Shown here: piece by piece, positions 41,700-51,914 of the stretch
Numbering within the stretch: position 1 is the first letter of the stretch
Layout of the letters: each line of letters starts with the position of its first letter
Assembly (NCBI GenBank): GCA_031362565.1
Contig: JANLSU010000017.1
Coordinates: 1-64,000 of the forward strand
Length of the DNA stretch: 64,000 bases
DNA from: a bacterium
GTDB taxonomy: Bacteria; Krumholzibacteriota; Krumholzibacteriia; G020349025
Direction of reading: 5' to 3'
Made by a program: the position numbers and the translations under genes
Notes under the pieces: generated by a model
The model's input: the letters and a program-made list of their open reading frames with translations, nothing else
Told to the model about the DNA's origin: nothing
Databases searched by the model: none

Positions 41700-43256
41700 A
41701 TGAGCGACACGAACAATTCGTACGACGTAATCAACATCGGTTCGGGCGCTGGGGGCGGCACGCTCGCCTGGGCGCTCGCGCCCACCGGCAAGCGGATCCT
41801 AATTCTGGAACGCGGCGGCTACGTGCCGCGCGAGAAGGACAACTGGAGCACCCGCGCCGTCAACGTCGATGCCAAGTACAACACCAAGGACGAGTGGAAG
41901 GACAAGGACGGCAAGCCGCTGCACCCACACACCAACTACTATGTCGGCGGCAACACCAAGTTTTATGGCGCGGCACTCTTCCGGATGCGCCAGAAAGACT
42001 TCGGCACGCTGCGGCACCACGGCGGCGTCTCGCCGGCCTGGCCGGTGACCTACGATGAACTCGAGCCCTATTACACGCGCGCCGAGCACCTCTACAACGT
42101 GCACGGCGAGCGCGGTGCGGATCCTACCGAGCCCTGGTCGAGCGGCCCTTATCCGTTCCCCAAGGTCACCCACGAGCCGCGCATCCAGCAGTTGCACGAC
42201 GATCTGGTCAAACTCGGACACCAGCCGTTTCATGTGCCGCTCGGCATCATGCTCGACGAGAAGAATCCGCGGCGGAGCGCCTGCATCCGTTGCGACACCT
42301 GCGACGGGCATCCGTGCGTCGTCGGCGCCAAGTCGGATGCGCAGGTCTGCGCCGTCGACCCGGCGCTGGCGCATCCCAACGTCACGCTGATCACGAATGC
42401 CTACGTTTCGAAGCTCGCGACCAACGCCAGCGGCCGCGAGGTCACCGAGGTGCATGTGACTCGCGACGGCATGAACGAGGTCTACAAGGGCGCCATCGTC
42501 GTGTCGTCGTGCGGCGCCATCAACTCGGCGGCGTTGCTGCTGCGGTCGGCGAACGACAAGCATCCGAACGGGCTCGCGAACGGCTCCGACATGGTGGGCC
42601 GGCACTATATGGGCCATGTGAACTCGGTCGTGATGGCTATTTCGAAGACCCCGAACCCGACCGTCTTTCAAAAGACGCTGGCACTCAACGATTTCTATTT
42701 TGGCAGTGACGACTGGGACTTCCCCATGGGCCATATCTCGTTCGTGGGCAAGTTGGATGCCGTGACCCTGTCGGCCGGCGCGCCGCCACTCGTGCCCGGC
42801 ATGACGCTCGACATCATGGCGCGCCATTCGCTCGACTTCTGGCTGACGTCCGAGGACCTGCCGGACCCGAACAACCGCGTCTCGCTCGACCGCGAGGGGC
42901 GGATCGTGCTCGCCTACTCCCCGAACAACGAGGAGGGCCACAAGCGGTTGACTGCTAAATTGAAGCAGCTCGTGAGCGAGTGCGGCTGCCATTCGCTCGT
43001 GCCGCGCAATCTCTTCATCGGCCAGCGGATCCCACTTGGCGGCGTGGCGCATCAGAACGGCACGATCCGGTTCGGTGAGGATCCCAAGGCGTCGGCGCTC
43101 GATCGCAACTGCCGGGCACATGAAGTCGACAACCTGTATGTCGTCGACGCGAGCTTTTTCCCGTCGAGCGCCGCCGTGAACCCGGCGCTCACCATCATGG
43201 CGAATGCGCTCCGCGTCGCTGACCACTTGAAGGAACGCCTGGGGATGCGGACGTGA
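41700..43256 (+). CDS. GMC-family oxidoreductase
   Basis: IGSGAGGG, GGNTKFYG, CIRCDTCDG, HQNGT and NPALTIMANALR. Confidence 0.92.
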   Translation: MSDTNNSYDVINIGSGAGGGTLAWALAPTGKRILILERGGYVPREKDNWSTRAVNVDAKYNTKDEWKDKDGKPLHPHTNYYVGGNTKFYGAALFRMRQKDFGTLRHHGGVSPAWPVTYDELEPYYTRAEHLYNVHGERGADPTEPWSSGPYPFPKVTHEPRIQQLHDDLVKLGHQPFHVPLGIMLDEKNPRRSACIRCDTCDGHPCVVGAKSDAQVCAVDPALAHPNVTLITNAYVSKLATNASGREVTEVHVTRDGMNEVYKGAIVVSSCGAINSAALLLRSANDKHPNGLANGSDMVGRHYMGHVNSVVMAISKTPNPTVFQKTLALNDFYFGSDDWDFPMGHISFVGKLDAVTLSAGAPPLVPGMTLDIMARHSLDFWLTSEDLPDPNNRVSLDREGRIVLAYSPNNEEGHKRLTAKLKQLVSECGCHSLVPRNLFIGQRIPLGGVAHQNGTIRFGEDPKASALDRNCRAHEVDNLYVVDASFFPSSAAVNPALTIMANALRVADHLKERLGMRT

Positions 43257-44380
43257 GAACGACACACCTCGCCTTTTGGTTGGCGGCCGTGCTTTCGAGC
43301 CCCGCCTTGGCGCAACCGGCACCGGCGACGGCCGGGGAGTCACCGGTCCAATGCGTCGCCGCCGTCGGAATGACCGTGAGTGACATGGACCGGTCGCTCG
43401 CCTTCTATACCGAAGTGCTGGGTTGCACGAAGCAGTCCGATGTCGAGGTCTGGGGCGAAGACGTGGAGCACCTCGATGGACTTTTTGGATTGCGAAAGCG
43501 CGTCGTGCAATTGAACCTCGGAGCGGAGACTTTGGTCCTCACGGACTATCTAACCGCCGGCGGCCGGCCGATCCCGCCCGATGCACGCAGCAACGACCGC
43601 TCGTTCCAGCACGTGGCGATCGTCGTCCGCGACATGCAGCCGGCGTACGAGTGGTTGCGAGTCCACAAGGTCGTACACGCGTCCACCGGGCCGCAACGCT
43701 TGCCGGACTGGAACCCGAATGCCGGCGGCATCGAGGCCTTCTACTTCCGCGACCCCGACGATCACAATTTGGAGGTCATCTTTTTCCCGCCCGGCAAGGG
43801 CGACGCCAAGTGGCAGACATTGGCGGCGCAAAGCCATGCCGTGGGGCCGCAAGACAGGACCGTTCCCAGCCGGCTTTTCCTCGGCATCGATCACACGGCG
43901 ATTGTCGTCCGCGACACCGAGGCGAGCACGGCCTTCTACGCCCAGCTCCTCGGGATGCGTGTCGCCGGCCACAGCGAAAACTACGGCACCGAGCAGGAAC
44001 ATCTGAACAACGTCTTCGGGGCGCGCCTTTGGATCACCGGCCTGCGGGCCGCATCCGGGCCGGGGATCGAGTTCCTCGAGTACCTGGCGCCGCGCGACGG
44101 GCGCCCGGCCTTGGAAGATGGGCGCGACGACGACATTTCACACTGGGAAACAACGCTGGTCGCCGGCGACGTCGAAGCGCTCGCCGCCCGCCTCAAAACC
44201 GCCGGGGCGTCATTTGTTTCGCCGGGAACCGTTTCCGTGCGCGATGAATTCCTAGGTTTCAACAAGGGGTTTCAAGTCCGGGACCCCGATGGACATATTC
44301 TGGAGGTCACGGATTCATGGCAGACGCCACGCAACTCGGCACCCGGCCCGCAAACCGCCCGGCGCGGGAGCACGAAATGA
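43253..44380 (+). CDS. Secreted two-domain VOC/glyoxalase-family protein
   Basis: Signal peptide and two VOC repeats ([31 protein letters not shown]). Confidence 0.85.
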   Translation: MRTTHLAFWLAAVLSSPALAQPAPATAGESPVQCVAAVGMTVSDMDRSLAFYTEVLGCTKQSDVEVWGEDVEHLDGLFGLRKRVVQLNLGAETLVLTDYLTAGGRPIPPDARSNDRSFQHVAIVVRDMQPAYEWLRVHKVVHASTGPQRLPDWNPNAGGIEAFYFRDPDDHNLEVIFFPPGKGDAKWQTLAAQSHAVGPQDRTVPSRLFLGIDHTAIVVRDTEASTAFYAQLLGMRVAGHSENYGTEQEHLNNVFGARLWITGLRAASGPGIEFLEYLAPRDGRPALEDGRDDDISHWETTLVAGDVEALAARLKTAGASFVSPGTVSVRDEFLGFNKGFQVRDPDGHILEVTDSWQTPRNSAPGPQTARRGSTK

Positions 44381-45495
44381 CGCGCACGATGATGCAGGCC
44401 GTCGCGGTTCACCCGGGCCAGCCCGGAAGTGTGCACTTGGCGGCACTGGCCAAGCCGGCGCTCGACGACGTGCCGAATGGCCGGGGTGTGCTGGTCAAGG
44501 TGTTGCGCGTCGGCGTCGATGGCACCGACAAGGAAATCAACGCCGCCGAGTACGGCGCCGCCCCCGCGGGATACGATTTTTTGGTCATCGGGCATGAGAG
44601 CTTCGGGCGCGTCGAAGCCGTGGGCCCCAATGTCACCGAGTTCGCACCCGGCGACTATGTCGTTGCGACCGTGCGCCGGCCGGGCTCGAGCTTGTATGAC
44701 ACGATCGGCACGTATGACATGACGACCGACGATTCGTATTTCGAGCGCGGCATCAATCTGCGCCATGGCTATCTCACCGAATACTATGTCGACGATCCGG
44801 AGTACATCGTCAAAGTGCCGCAGGGCCTCAAGAACATCGCCGTGCTGCTCGAGCCGGCCTCGGTCGTCGAGAAGGGCATCGCGCAGGCGTACGAGATCCA
44901 GCGACGCCTCAAGGTTTGGCGGCCGCGCCGGGTGGCGGTCGTGGGTGCCGGCACCATCGGCCTCATGGCATCGATGTCGCTGCGCCTTCGCGGTCTCGAG
45001 GTGACAACGTTTGGGCGGACGCCGAAGCCGTACCTCAATTCGAATCTGCTGGAAGAGATCGGCGCCCGTTACATCACGACCACCGACACGACGCTATTGG
45101 AGGCGTCAAAGAAGTACGGGCCGTTCGACCTCATCTTCGAGTGCACGGGTTTCTCACCGATCGTGTTCGAGGCGATGCAGGCGCTCGGCAAGAATGGCGT
45201 GCTCGTGCTGACGAGCGTCACCGGCGGCGACCGGATGGTCGAAATCCCGGCCGACAGGATCAATTTGGAGTTCGTCCTCGGCAACAAGGTCGTCGTGGGC
45301 TCGGTGAATGCCAACCGCGAATACTTCGAGGCTGGCGTCCGCGATTTCTCGCAGTGCGAGGCGCAGTTCCCCGGCTGGCTCGACCAGTTCCTGACCCATC
45401 CGGTCGAGGGCCTCGAGAACTACGCCGAGTTGCTCGACAAGCTGACCCACGCCAAGGGTGCGATCAAGGTCTACTGCAACGTCGCGGCGCTCTGA
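44377..45495 (+). CDS. Glucose 1-dehydrogenase-like zinc MDR dehydrogenase
   Basis: GVDGTD, GHE, ATVRRP, ERGI, GAGTIG and GSVNAN. Confidence 0.85.
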   Translation: MTRTMMQAVAVHPGQPGSVHLAALAKPALDDVPNGRGVLVKVLRVGVDGTDKEINAAEYGAAPAGYDFLVIGHESFGRVEAVGPNVTEFAPGDYVVATVRRPGSSLYDTIGTYDMTTDDSYFERGINLRHGYLTEYYVDDPEYIVKVPQGLKNIAVLLEPASVVEKGIAQAYEIQRRLKVWRPRRVAVVGAGTIGLMASMSLRLRGLEVTTFGRTPKPYLNSNLLEEIGARYITTTDTTLLEASKKYGPFDLIFECTGFSPIVFEAMQALGKNGVLVLTSVTGGDRMVEIPADRINLEFVLGNKVVVGSVNANREYFEAGVRDFSQCEAQFPGWLDQFLTHPVEGLENYAELLDKLTHAKGAIKVYCNVAAL

Positions 45496-45593
45496 GGCAC
45501 ACCGAATTCGCGGCGGTCGTGCTAGGCTGCCTCCCCAAAGCGCCGGCCGGGGTCCAAGTTCGCCCGGCCAACGCTCGATGCCCTGGGAGGGCC

Positions 45594-46121
45594 GTGAAGC
45601 CGCTGCTCGTGCTCGATCACTGGATCGAAAAAGTTGCGGTCGGGGCCATCGTGCTCCTGCTCAGCGTTATGATCCTGCTCGCCTTCGGGCAGGTCTTGAT
45701 GCGGAATATTTTTCATTCCGCATTTCCGGGCGTCGACGTCCTCTTGCGGCATCTCGTCCTGTGGGTCGGGTACTTCGGGGCCATCATTGCGACCGGGCAC
45801 CGGCGGCATCTGCGCATCGAGGTCGTTGAACTCGTCTTGTCGGAGCGCGCCCGGGTCGTGTGCGCCGTCATCGCCAATCTCTTTGCGGCGGCCATCTGCA
45901 TCGTGCTCCTGCGGGCGGCGATTTCCTTCGTGCACCTCGAGCGGGCCGAAACGACCACCACCATGATCGGCCTGCCGGCGTGGGTGTTTGCCATCGTCGT
46001 ACCGGTGGGTTACGCCGCGATCGGGTTCCGCTTCATCGTCCGGGCGGTCGAGATCGTCGCCGGCAGTCCGGAGGTCCGCCGCAACGCCATGGCGGGCCCC
46101 GGCGAAACGCGAGTCCTATGA
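45594..46121 (+). CDS. dctQ: TRAP transporter small permease
   Basis: QVLMR, LVLWVGYFGA..HLRIE and 4 TMs. GTG start after GGGAGG. Confidence 0.82.
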   Translation: MKPLLVLDHWIEKVAVGAIVLLLSVMILLAFGQVLMRNIFHSAFPGVDVLLRHLVLWVGYFGAIIATGHRRHLRIEVVELVLSERARVVCAVIANLFAAAICIVLLRAAISFVHLERAETTTTMIGLPAWVFAIVVPVGYAAIGFRFIVRAVEIVAGSPEVRRNAMAGPGETRVL

Positions 46122-47377
46122 TTCTCGTTCTCGTCTGTCTCGGGCTCGTGGCGCTTTTCCTCGCCGGCTCGCCGGTGTTCGCAATTTTGGGCGCCATCGC
46201 GCTCTACGGGTTCGCGTCGCACGGGATCGATCCGTCGACCGTGATCATCGAACTGTATCGTCTGACGCGCGAGCCCGTCTTTCTCGCCATCCCGCTCTTC
46301 ACGTTTGCCGGTTACATGCTGGCGGAGAGCAAGGCGCCACAGCGGCTCGTCGCACTCGCACAAGCCCTCATCGGCTGGCTGCCGGGCGGCGTGGCGATCG
46401 TCGTGCTGGCGAGCTGCGCCGTTTTCACCGCTTTCACGGGTGGCTCCGGCATCACGATCGTCGCACTCGGCGGCCTCGTGTTTCCGATCCTGCGCGCCGA
46501 AGGGTATTCCGAAAAGTTCTCGCTTGGGCTGGTGACGTCGTCGGGGAGCATGGGGCTCCTGTTCCCGCCCAGCCTGCCGATCATTTTGTACGGCACGCTT
46601 TCGGGAACGTCGATCGACGCGCTCTTCCGGGCCGGGATTGTTCCCGGCACGTTGCTCATCGTGGCGGTTGCGTTGCTCGGCGTCCGGCAGGGGGCGCGCA
46701 TGCCGCGCCACAAATTCGACGCCGGAGTTGCGATGCGGGCGATTCGCGCCGCGGGCTGGGAAATTCCTCTGCCCTTCGTCGTCATCGGCGGCATCTATGC
46801 GGGCTGGTTCACCGCCAATGAAGCCGCTGCCGTCACCGCTTTCTACACCTTCTTGGTCGAAACCGTCATTCGCCGCGAGGTGAGCCTGCGGAAAGGCATT
46901 CCGCATGTGATGACCGAGAGCATGATGTTGGTGGGCGCCGTCCTGATGATTCTGGCGGTCGCCATGGGACTGTCGGGGCTGCTCATCGATCAGGAAGTGC
47001 CGCAGCGGCTCTTCGCGTTGCTGCAGAGCGCCGGCGCCACGCGCTGGGTGTTCTTGATCGCCCTCAATGTGTTCTTGCTCTTGGTCGGCATGGTGATGGA
47101 GATTTTCTCGGCGCTCGTCGTGGTGCCGCTCATTGTGCCGGTCGCGAAGCAATATGGCATCGACCCCGTGCACCTGGGGATCATCTTCCTGGCGAATCTC
47201 GAACTGGCGTACGTGCTGCCGCCCACCGGCCTCAACGTTTTCCTCGCCAGCTCGCGGTTCCGCAAACCGATCCTCGAAGTGGGGCGTGCGGCGCTGCCGT
47301 TCATCCTGATCCTGGCGCTCGGCACCCTCGTCATCACGTATGTGCCCGCTCTGAGCCTGCTGTTCGTCGAGCACTGA
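46118..47377 (+). CDS. dctM: TRAP transporter large permease
   Basis: AIPLFTFAG, LFPPSLP, FTANEAAAV, IDPVHLG and PPTGLNVF. Confidence 0.9.
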   Translation: MILVLVCLGLVALFLAGSPVFAILGAIALYGFASHGIDPSTVIIELYRLTREPVFLAIPLFTFAGYMLAESKAPQRLVALAQALIGWLPGGVAIVVLASCAVFTAFTGGSGITIVALGGLVFPILRAEGYSEKFSLGLVTSSGSMGLLFPPSLPIILYGTLSGTSIDALFRAGIVPGTLLIVAVALLGVRQGARMPRHKFDAGVAMRAIRAAGWEIPLPFVVIGGIYAGWFTANEAAAVTAFYTFLVETVIRREVSLRKGIPHVMTESMMLVGAVLMILAVAMGLSGLLIDQEVPQRLFALLQSAGATRWVFLIALNVFLLLVGMVMEIFSALVVVPLIVPVAKQYGIDPVHLGIIFLANLELAYVLPPTGLNVFLASSRFRKPILEVGRAALPFILILALGTLVITYVPALSLLFVEH

Positions 47378-47465
47378 CGGGCTCTTGGCCTTGCGCTAGT
47401 GGGCTACAGGCCTTTGCTTTAGATTAGACGGTGACTCGGCGGCGGCTTCTCGGGCGAGGCTTCGA

Positions 47466-48125
47466 ATGTGCGTTCCCTTTGCGACCCGGCAGTGGCATTG
47501 GCCGCGCGGTGCGGCGCTCCAGGCGGCACTGCTTGGCGTAACGGTCGTGTGCCTGGCGCACGCCGAGAACGGCCGCCCTGCCGCCCAGGACAGCACGCTG
47601 CAGCCGGCGCCTTTCACGCCCTTGGCACCGGCATCGGCGCTCAACATCCGGGATCTCGGGCCGGGCTCGATTCCGCTCTCCATCGCACCGCCGCCGCCGG
47701 CGTTCCACGTGATCCCGACCTATCCCCCTCCGCCTGCCGTCGACGAATCGGCATTTGCGGATGCGCCGGCCCCAACGGTTGCCGGAACGGCCGACCTGGG
47801 TCCGAATCTCCAGGTTTCTCCCGACGCGCTGCGCGACGACTCGGCGGATTCTTGGCTCCGCCCACGCCGGCTCGTGCACCCCAAGATCCCCGAGAAGATC
47901 ATCCGGCAGCGCAAGATCGATCAAACCGTCGTTCTGTCGGCAAACGTCGGCGCCGATGGCCGCGTGCGCGAAGTGCGGGTCCGGCACGCCGCGCGCGATT
48001 GCGACGAATGCACCCAGAGTGCGGTCGCGGCGGCGCGCGGTTACATCTACGAGTCGCCCGGATCCAAGGCCGGCCGGGATGGCGTTTGGGCGACGATCAA
48101 AATGCGATTTAGCGTCCGTCCCTGA
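47466..48125 (+). CDS. TonB C-terminal domain protein
   Basis: Hydrophobic N-terminus, Pro-rich linker and V.L...VGADGRVREVRV..AVAAAR. Confidence 0.6.
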   Translation: MCVPFATRQWHWPRGAALQAALLGVTVVCLAHAENGRPAAQDSTLQPAPFTPLAPASALNIRDLGPGSIPLSIAPPPPAFHVIPTYPPPPAVDESAFADAPAPTVAGTADLGPNLQVSPDALRDDSADSWLRPRRLVHPKIPEKIIRQRKIDQTVVLSANVGADGRVREVRVRHAARDCDECTQSAVAAARGYIYESPGSKAGRDGVWATIKMRFSVRP

Positions 48126-48352
48126 ACGAAGTGGCGCTGGGCGGCGACACCGTCCACGACACGGCCTTTTGCAGTTGCATCACAACTGGCATTCTGCACG
48201 CACGGCGTGCCCCCTCACCCCCTCCGCCACAACCTCGCAACCCCGCGTTCTACATAGGGCCTCCGGCTCCAGACGATTTCGGTCGGATCTATGCAGTACT
48301 GCCTCTCGACTCCGGGCTCATCCACTGGGAAGCCCCGAGGGGAGGTCCGAAG

Positions 48353-50704
48353 ATGTTCGCGATGCAATCCACCGTGCCTCCGCGCCGCTACGGCCGGAAC
48401 GCGTTCCTGGCGACCGTCGGTCTGATGTGCGCGCACGCCGCCGCGGCGCAAACGCGAACGTTTACGGATGATGCGGATTTTGACACGGGCGTTCTCGAAA
48501 CCGTGAACCACACGGCCGTGCACGATCAGTTGCAGTTGGATGTCGCGACGCCTTCCTTCTCGATCCTGTGGATCGCCAATTCGGCGCGCGGCACGCTGGT
48601 GCGCATCGACGCTACGACCGGTGCAGTTCTGGGTGAGTACCGGACGGCGCCGCTCGGGCGGCTCCGGAATCCGTCGCGCACCGCCATCGATGCCCTCGGC
48701 AACGTGTGGACCGCGAATCGCAGCGAAAATGCGATGGGGCGTGGATCGGTCGTCAAAGTGGGCGTCTGTATCGGCGGCACGCGGGTCGCGAAATTGCCCG
48801 ACGGCACGATCGCACCAGACCCGCTCGGTGACTATGTCGCGCCGCCGTTTCAGATCTGCACTGCGGTCGACCGCGACCACGACGGGCTCATTCGCACTTC
48901 GCGCGGCTTGGGCGACGTGCTGGCCTGGCCCGATGTCACCGACGGCGCAGGCGGCGCGGACGGCGTCGTGGCCGATGCCGACGATGAATGCATCTTGGTC
49001 TACCAACGCACGAGCGCACCCAACGCCTGTCAGGTGAGCCTGGATGCCGGTGGCCACCTGTGGGTTGGTGCCTACCCGCTCGCCATGTTCGACGTTCTCG
49101 ATGGCACGACGGGTGCGATCGAACGGTCATTGCCGCTCGGCACGGGCGGCTACGGCGGGTTCATCGACGCCCAGGGCGTGCTCTGGTCGACCCACCTGAC
49201 CAACGGGCTGTTGTTGCGCTACGACACGACAACCGACGTCGCGGCGTCCATTCCGGTCCGTCTGTCGTCCGGCCTCACACGCGGCCCCGATGGATCGCTG
49301 TGGGTTTCCATGTGGACGAACAACACGGTCACCAAACTCGATGCGCAAGGGGTGCAGATCGCCGGCTTCCCGGTGCCCAGCTTCGGCGGCGGCGCGCTCG
49401 GCATCGTCATCGGCCCGGATGGCGACGTCTGGGTCGCGAACACCAACACCAACGCCGTATCCCGGCTCGGGCCGCTCGGCGGGCTGCGCAAGCGCATCAC
49501 GGTAACCGGATCACCGAGTGGTTTGAGCCTGGATGACGCTGGCAAAGTGTGGGTCACGTCACAGACCCAGAACACCGCCTTGCGGATCGATCCGAATGCC
49601 GGCAGCGATGGACTGGGAGCGGTCGACCTGACCGTCGCTCTCGGCGCCGGCGCGGGGCCGCAGACGTTCGGCGACATGGCGGCCCGAATCACCGCGTCGG
49701 TCGTCGCACCGGAAGGCACCTGGAGCGTCGTGCATGACGGGGGCCGCGCCGCGGTCGAGTGGAGTGCGATCGCTTGGCATGGCGACGAGCCCGCCGGCAC
49801 GCAGCTCACGGTCGAAGCACGCGCTGCCGAATCGCCGGCTGATTTGGATGCCCTGCCTTGGATTCCGGCCGGCAACGGTGTGGGCCTCGGCGCTGGGGTG
49901 CTGCGCGGACGATTCGCGGCGTTGCGCGTTCATTTCACGCCTGCCCCGGCGGTGAACGCGTCACCCGTTCTCGGCGATCTTTCGCTGACTGGAACGGCCA
50001 ACCGCGCGCCGGATTGCACCACTGCCCAGGCGAAGATCGAGCGGATTTGGCCGCCGAATGGGCGCATGGTCGCGGTGCCGATCTTCGGAGTGACAGATCC
50101 CGATGGCGATCCCGTTGCGATCACGATCACTGGGATCACGCAAGACGAGCCGGTCGCGCGGCGCGGCCACGGCGGGCGGCGCGAGCCCGATGGCATTGGC
50201 GTCGGCACTTCGCTGGCGCAAGTGCGTGCCGAGCACGCCGCCTACCGCTGGGGACACGGCAACGGCCGGGTCTACGCGATTCACTTCCGCGCCGATGACA
50301 ATCACGGTGGCACCTGCGACGGCCAGGTTTGGGTGTGTGTGCCGATGGAACTGGGGCACCGCGGTGCATGCAAGGACGACGGCCAGGTGTACGACTCCAC
50401 CGTCTCGGATCCGGTTTGCCCGGGGCGCCACCGCCTCGAGACGTGGCCGCATCCGAATCCGTTCAATCCGTCGACGACGCTGCACTATGAATTGCCGCAA
50501 CAGGTGCGCGTGCGGGTTGCGGTGTACGACGTCCGCGGCCAGCAAGTCCGATTGCTCGCGGACGAAGATCAACCGGCAGGTCCACAAGCGCTCTACTGGG
50601 ACGGACGTGACGCGCGTGGCAACGCACTCCCGACCGGTGTGTACCTGTACCGCGTTGACGCCGGCGTATTCGAAGCGCACGGCAGGCTCGTGATGGTGAA
50701 ATAG
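48353..50704 (+). CDS. Secreted Vgb-like beta-propeller protein with FlgD-Ig tail
   Basis: GGAGG RBS, repeated D..G.VW blades, a WPPN module and PNPFNP..WDGRD..GVY. Confidence 0.78.
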   Translation: MFAMQSTVPPRRYGRNAFLATVGLMCAHAAAAQTRTFTDDADFDTGVLETVNHTAVHDQLQLDVATPSFSILWIANSARGTLVRIDATTGAVLGEYRTAPLGRLRNPSRTAIDALGNVWTANRSENAMGRGSVVKVGVCIGGTRVAKLPDGTIAPDPLGDYVAPPFQICTAVDRDHDGLIRTSRGLGDVLAWPDVTDGAGGADGVVADADDECILVYQRTSAPNACQVSLDAGGHLWVGAYPLAMFDVLDGTTGAIERSLPLGTGGYGGFIDAQGVLWSTHLTNGLLLRYDTTTDVAASIPVRLSSGLTRGPDGSLWVSMWTNNTVTKLDAQGVQIAGFPVPSFGGGALGIVIGPDGDVWVANTNTNAVSRLGPLGGLRKRITVTGSPSGLSLDDAGKVWVTSQTQNTALRIDPNAGSDGLGAVDLTVALGAGAGPQTFGDMAARITASVVAPEGTWSVVHDGGRAAVEWSAIAWHGDEPAGTQLTVEARAAESPADLDALPWIPAGNGVGLGAGVLRGRFAALRVHFTPAPAVNASPVLGDLSLTGTANRAPDCTTAQAKIERIWPPNGRMVAVPIFGVTDPDGDPVAITITGITQDEPVARRGHGGRREPDGIGVGTSLAQVRAEHAAYRWGHGNGRVYAIHFRADDNHGGTCDGQVWVCVPMELGHRGACKDDGQVYDSTVSDPVCPGRHRLETWPHPNPFNPSTTLHYELPQQVRVRVAVYDVRGQQVRLLADEDQPAGPQALYWDGRDARGNALPTGVYLYRVDAGVFEAHGRLVMVK

Positions 50705-50823
50705 GCGGCGGCACCGCCGCTCGGACCGCCCACGGTTTGGTGCTGTCGGCGTCCTCCTCGAGTCGGGTACAATGCGACCATCCATCCCCCGTCGGGGTCG
50801 CACCGGCTCGAAGGAGGCGTTCC

Positions 50824-51153
50824 ATGCATCCACTGCGATTGATCGCACCGATGCTTCTCGCCCTAGTCGTGAATTCAGCGCACGCGGAATCGATCGAGGT
50901 GCTGGCGCTGGGGCCGGTCACTCCCAGATTCTTGCAAGTACTGGCACCGGTGATACCCAGCAACCCTGCGTTCCCGTGTCCGACACTCGTGCTTTGCGAT
51001 GCACCGACGTTGACGCGCATTTGCGCCCCGCAGACGCTGACGTTCGCCGTGAATCAGCCGAACGGCTGTTCGTTCGATGGACCGGTGCGCGGCGAATGCT
51101 CGGTTGCGGTCACGGCCGACAGCTGGTCGCGCGTCAAACATCTGTATCGGTAG
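50824..51153 (+). CDS. Short secreted relative of the 25.7-27.6 kb paralogues with W-x2-VK tail
   Basis: AAGGAGG RBS and signal peptide ending AHA. FPCPTLVLCDAPTLTRIC matches FPCPLVTLCDAPVFTKLC of paralogue A. Ends VAVTADSWSRVKHLYR. Confidence 0.7.
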   Translation: MHPLRLIAPMLLALVVNSAHAESIEVLALGPVTPRFLQVLAPVIPSNPAFPCPTLVLCDAPTLTRICAPQTLTFAVNQPNGCSFDGPVRGECSVAVTADSWSRVKHLYR

Positions 51154-51185
51154 GCCTCTGCACGTCATTCCGGAAGCGGGGCCGC

Positions 51186-51914
51186 ATGATCGACATCTCG
51201 CACCTGACGAAGCGGTACGGTGATCTGGAGGCCGTCCGCGATTTGTCGCTGCACGTCGCTGCGGGTGAGATCGTCGGGCTCTTGGGGCCGAATGGCGCCG
51301 GCAAGACCTCGACCTTGCGCTGCATCGTCGGCATCCAGGCGCCGAGCGCCGGCACGATCACGATCGGTGGACACGACATCGTCAAGGCGCCCACCGAAGC
51401 CAAACGCCGCATCGCTTTCATGGCCGACGAGCCGCAACTGTTCGAGTATCTCACGGTCCTGGAGCACCTGCGCCTGACCGGGCGCATCTACGGCGTACGA
51501 GAGGTCGAAGCTCGCGCCGCGACGCTGCTGCGCGAGCTGGAGTTGACCGGCAAGGAGCACGCATTGCCGAGCGAACTGTCGCGCGGCATGAAGCAAAAGG
51601 TGGCCATCGCCTGCGGCCTTCTGCACGAGCCCGCGGCGCTCCTCTTCGACGAGCCACTCACCGGACTCGACCCGCTCGGCATCCGGCATATGAAGGAGAC
51701 GATCGTCGCCCGCGGGCGGAATGGCGCGGCGGTGGTCGTTTCTTCGCACTTGCTCCACCTGGTCGAAGAGATCTGCACCCGGATCGTCATCATCGATCGC
51801 GGTGTCAAGGTGGCGGATGGCACCATGGCCGAGCTTTCGGCGCAGGCGGAGGTCGCCGGCGCCGGTTCGAACCTCGAGCAGATCTTCCTGAAGGTCACGG
51901 CGCGCGATTCATGA
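51186..51914 (+). CDS. ABC transporter ATP-binding subunit
   Basis: GPNGAGKTS, LSRGMKQK and FDEPLTGLDP. Confidence 0.92.
   Translation: MIDISHLTKRYGDLEAVRDLSLHVAAGEIVGLLGPNGAGKTSTLRCIVGIQAPSAGTITIGGHDIVKAPTEAKRRIAFMADEPQLFEYLTVLEHLRLTGRIYGVREVEARAATLLRELELTGKEHALPSELSRGMKQKVAIACGLLHEPAALLFDEPLTGLDPLGIRHMKETIVARGRNGAAVVVSSHLLHLVEEICTRIVIIDRGVKVADGTMAELSAQAEVAGAGSNLEQIFLKVTARDS

Noticed and set aside
48172..48200. CAGTTG-N5-CAACTG palindrome and an adjacent sigma54-like GG-N10-GC
   Set aside because: It is short, occurs once, and the -12 box (ACGC) is a poor match, so it cannot be told apart from chance.
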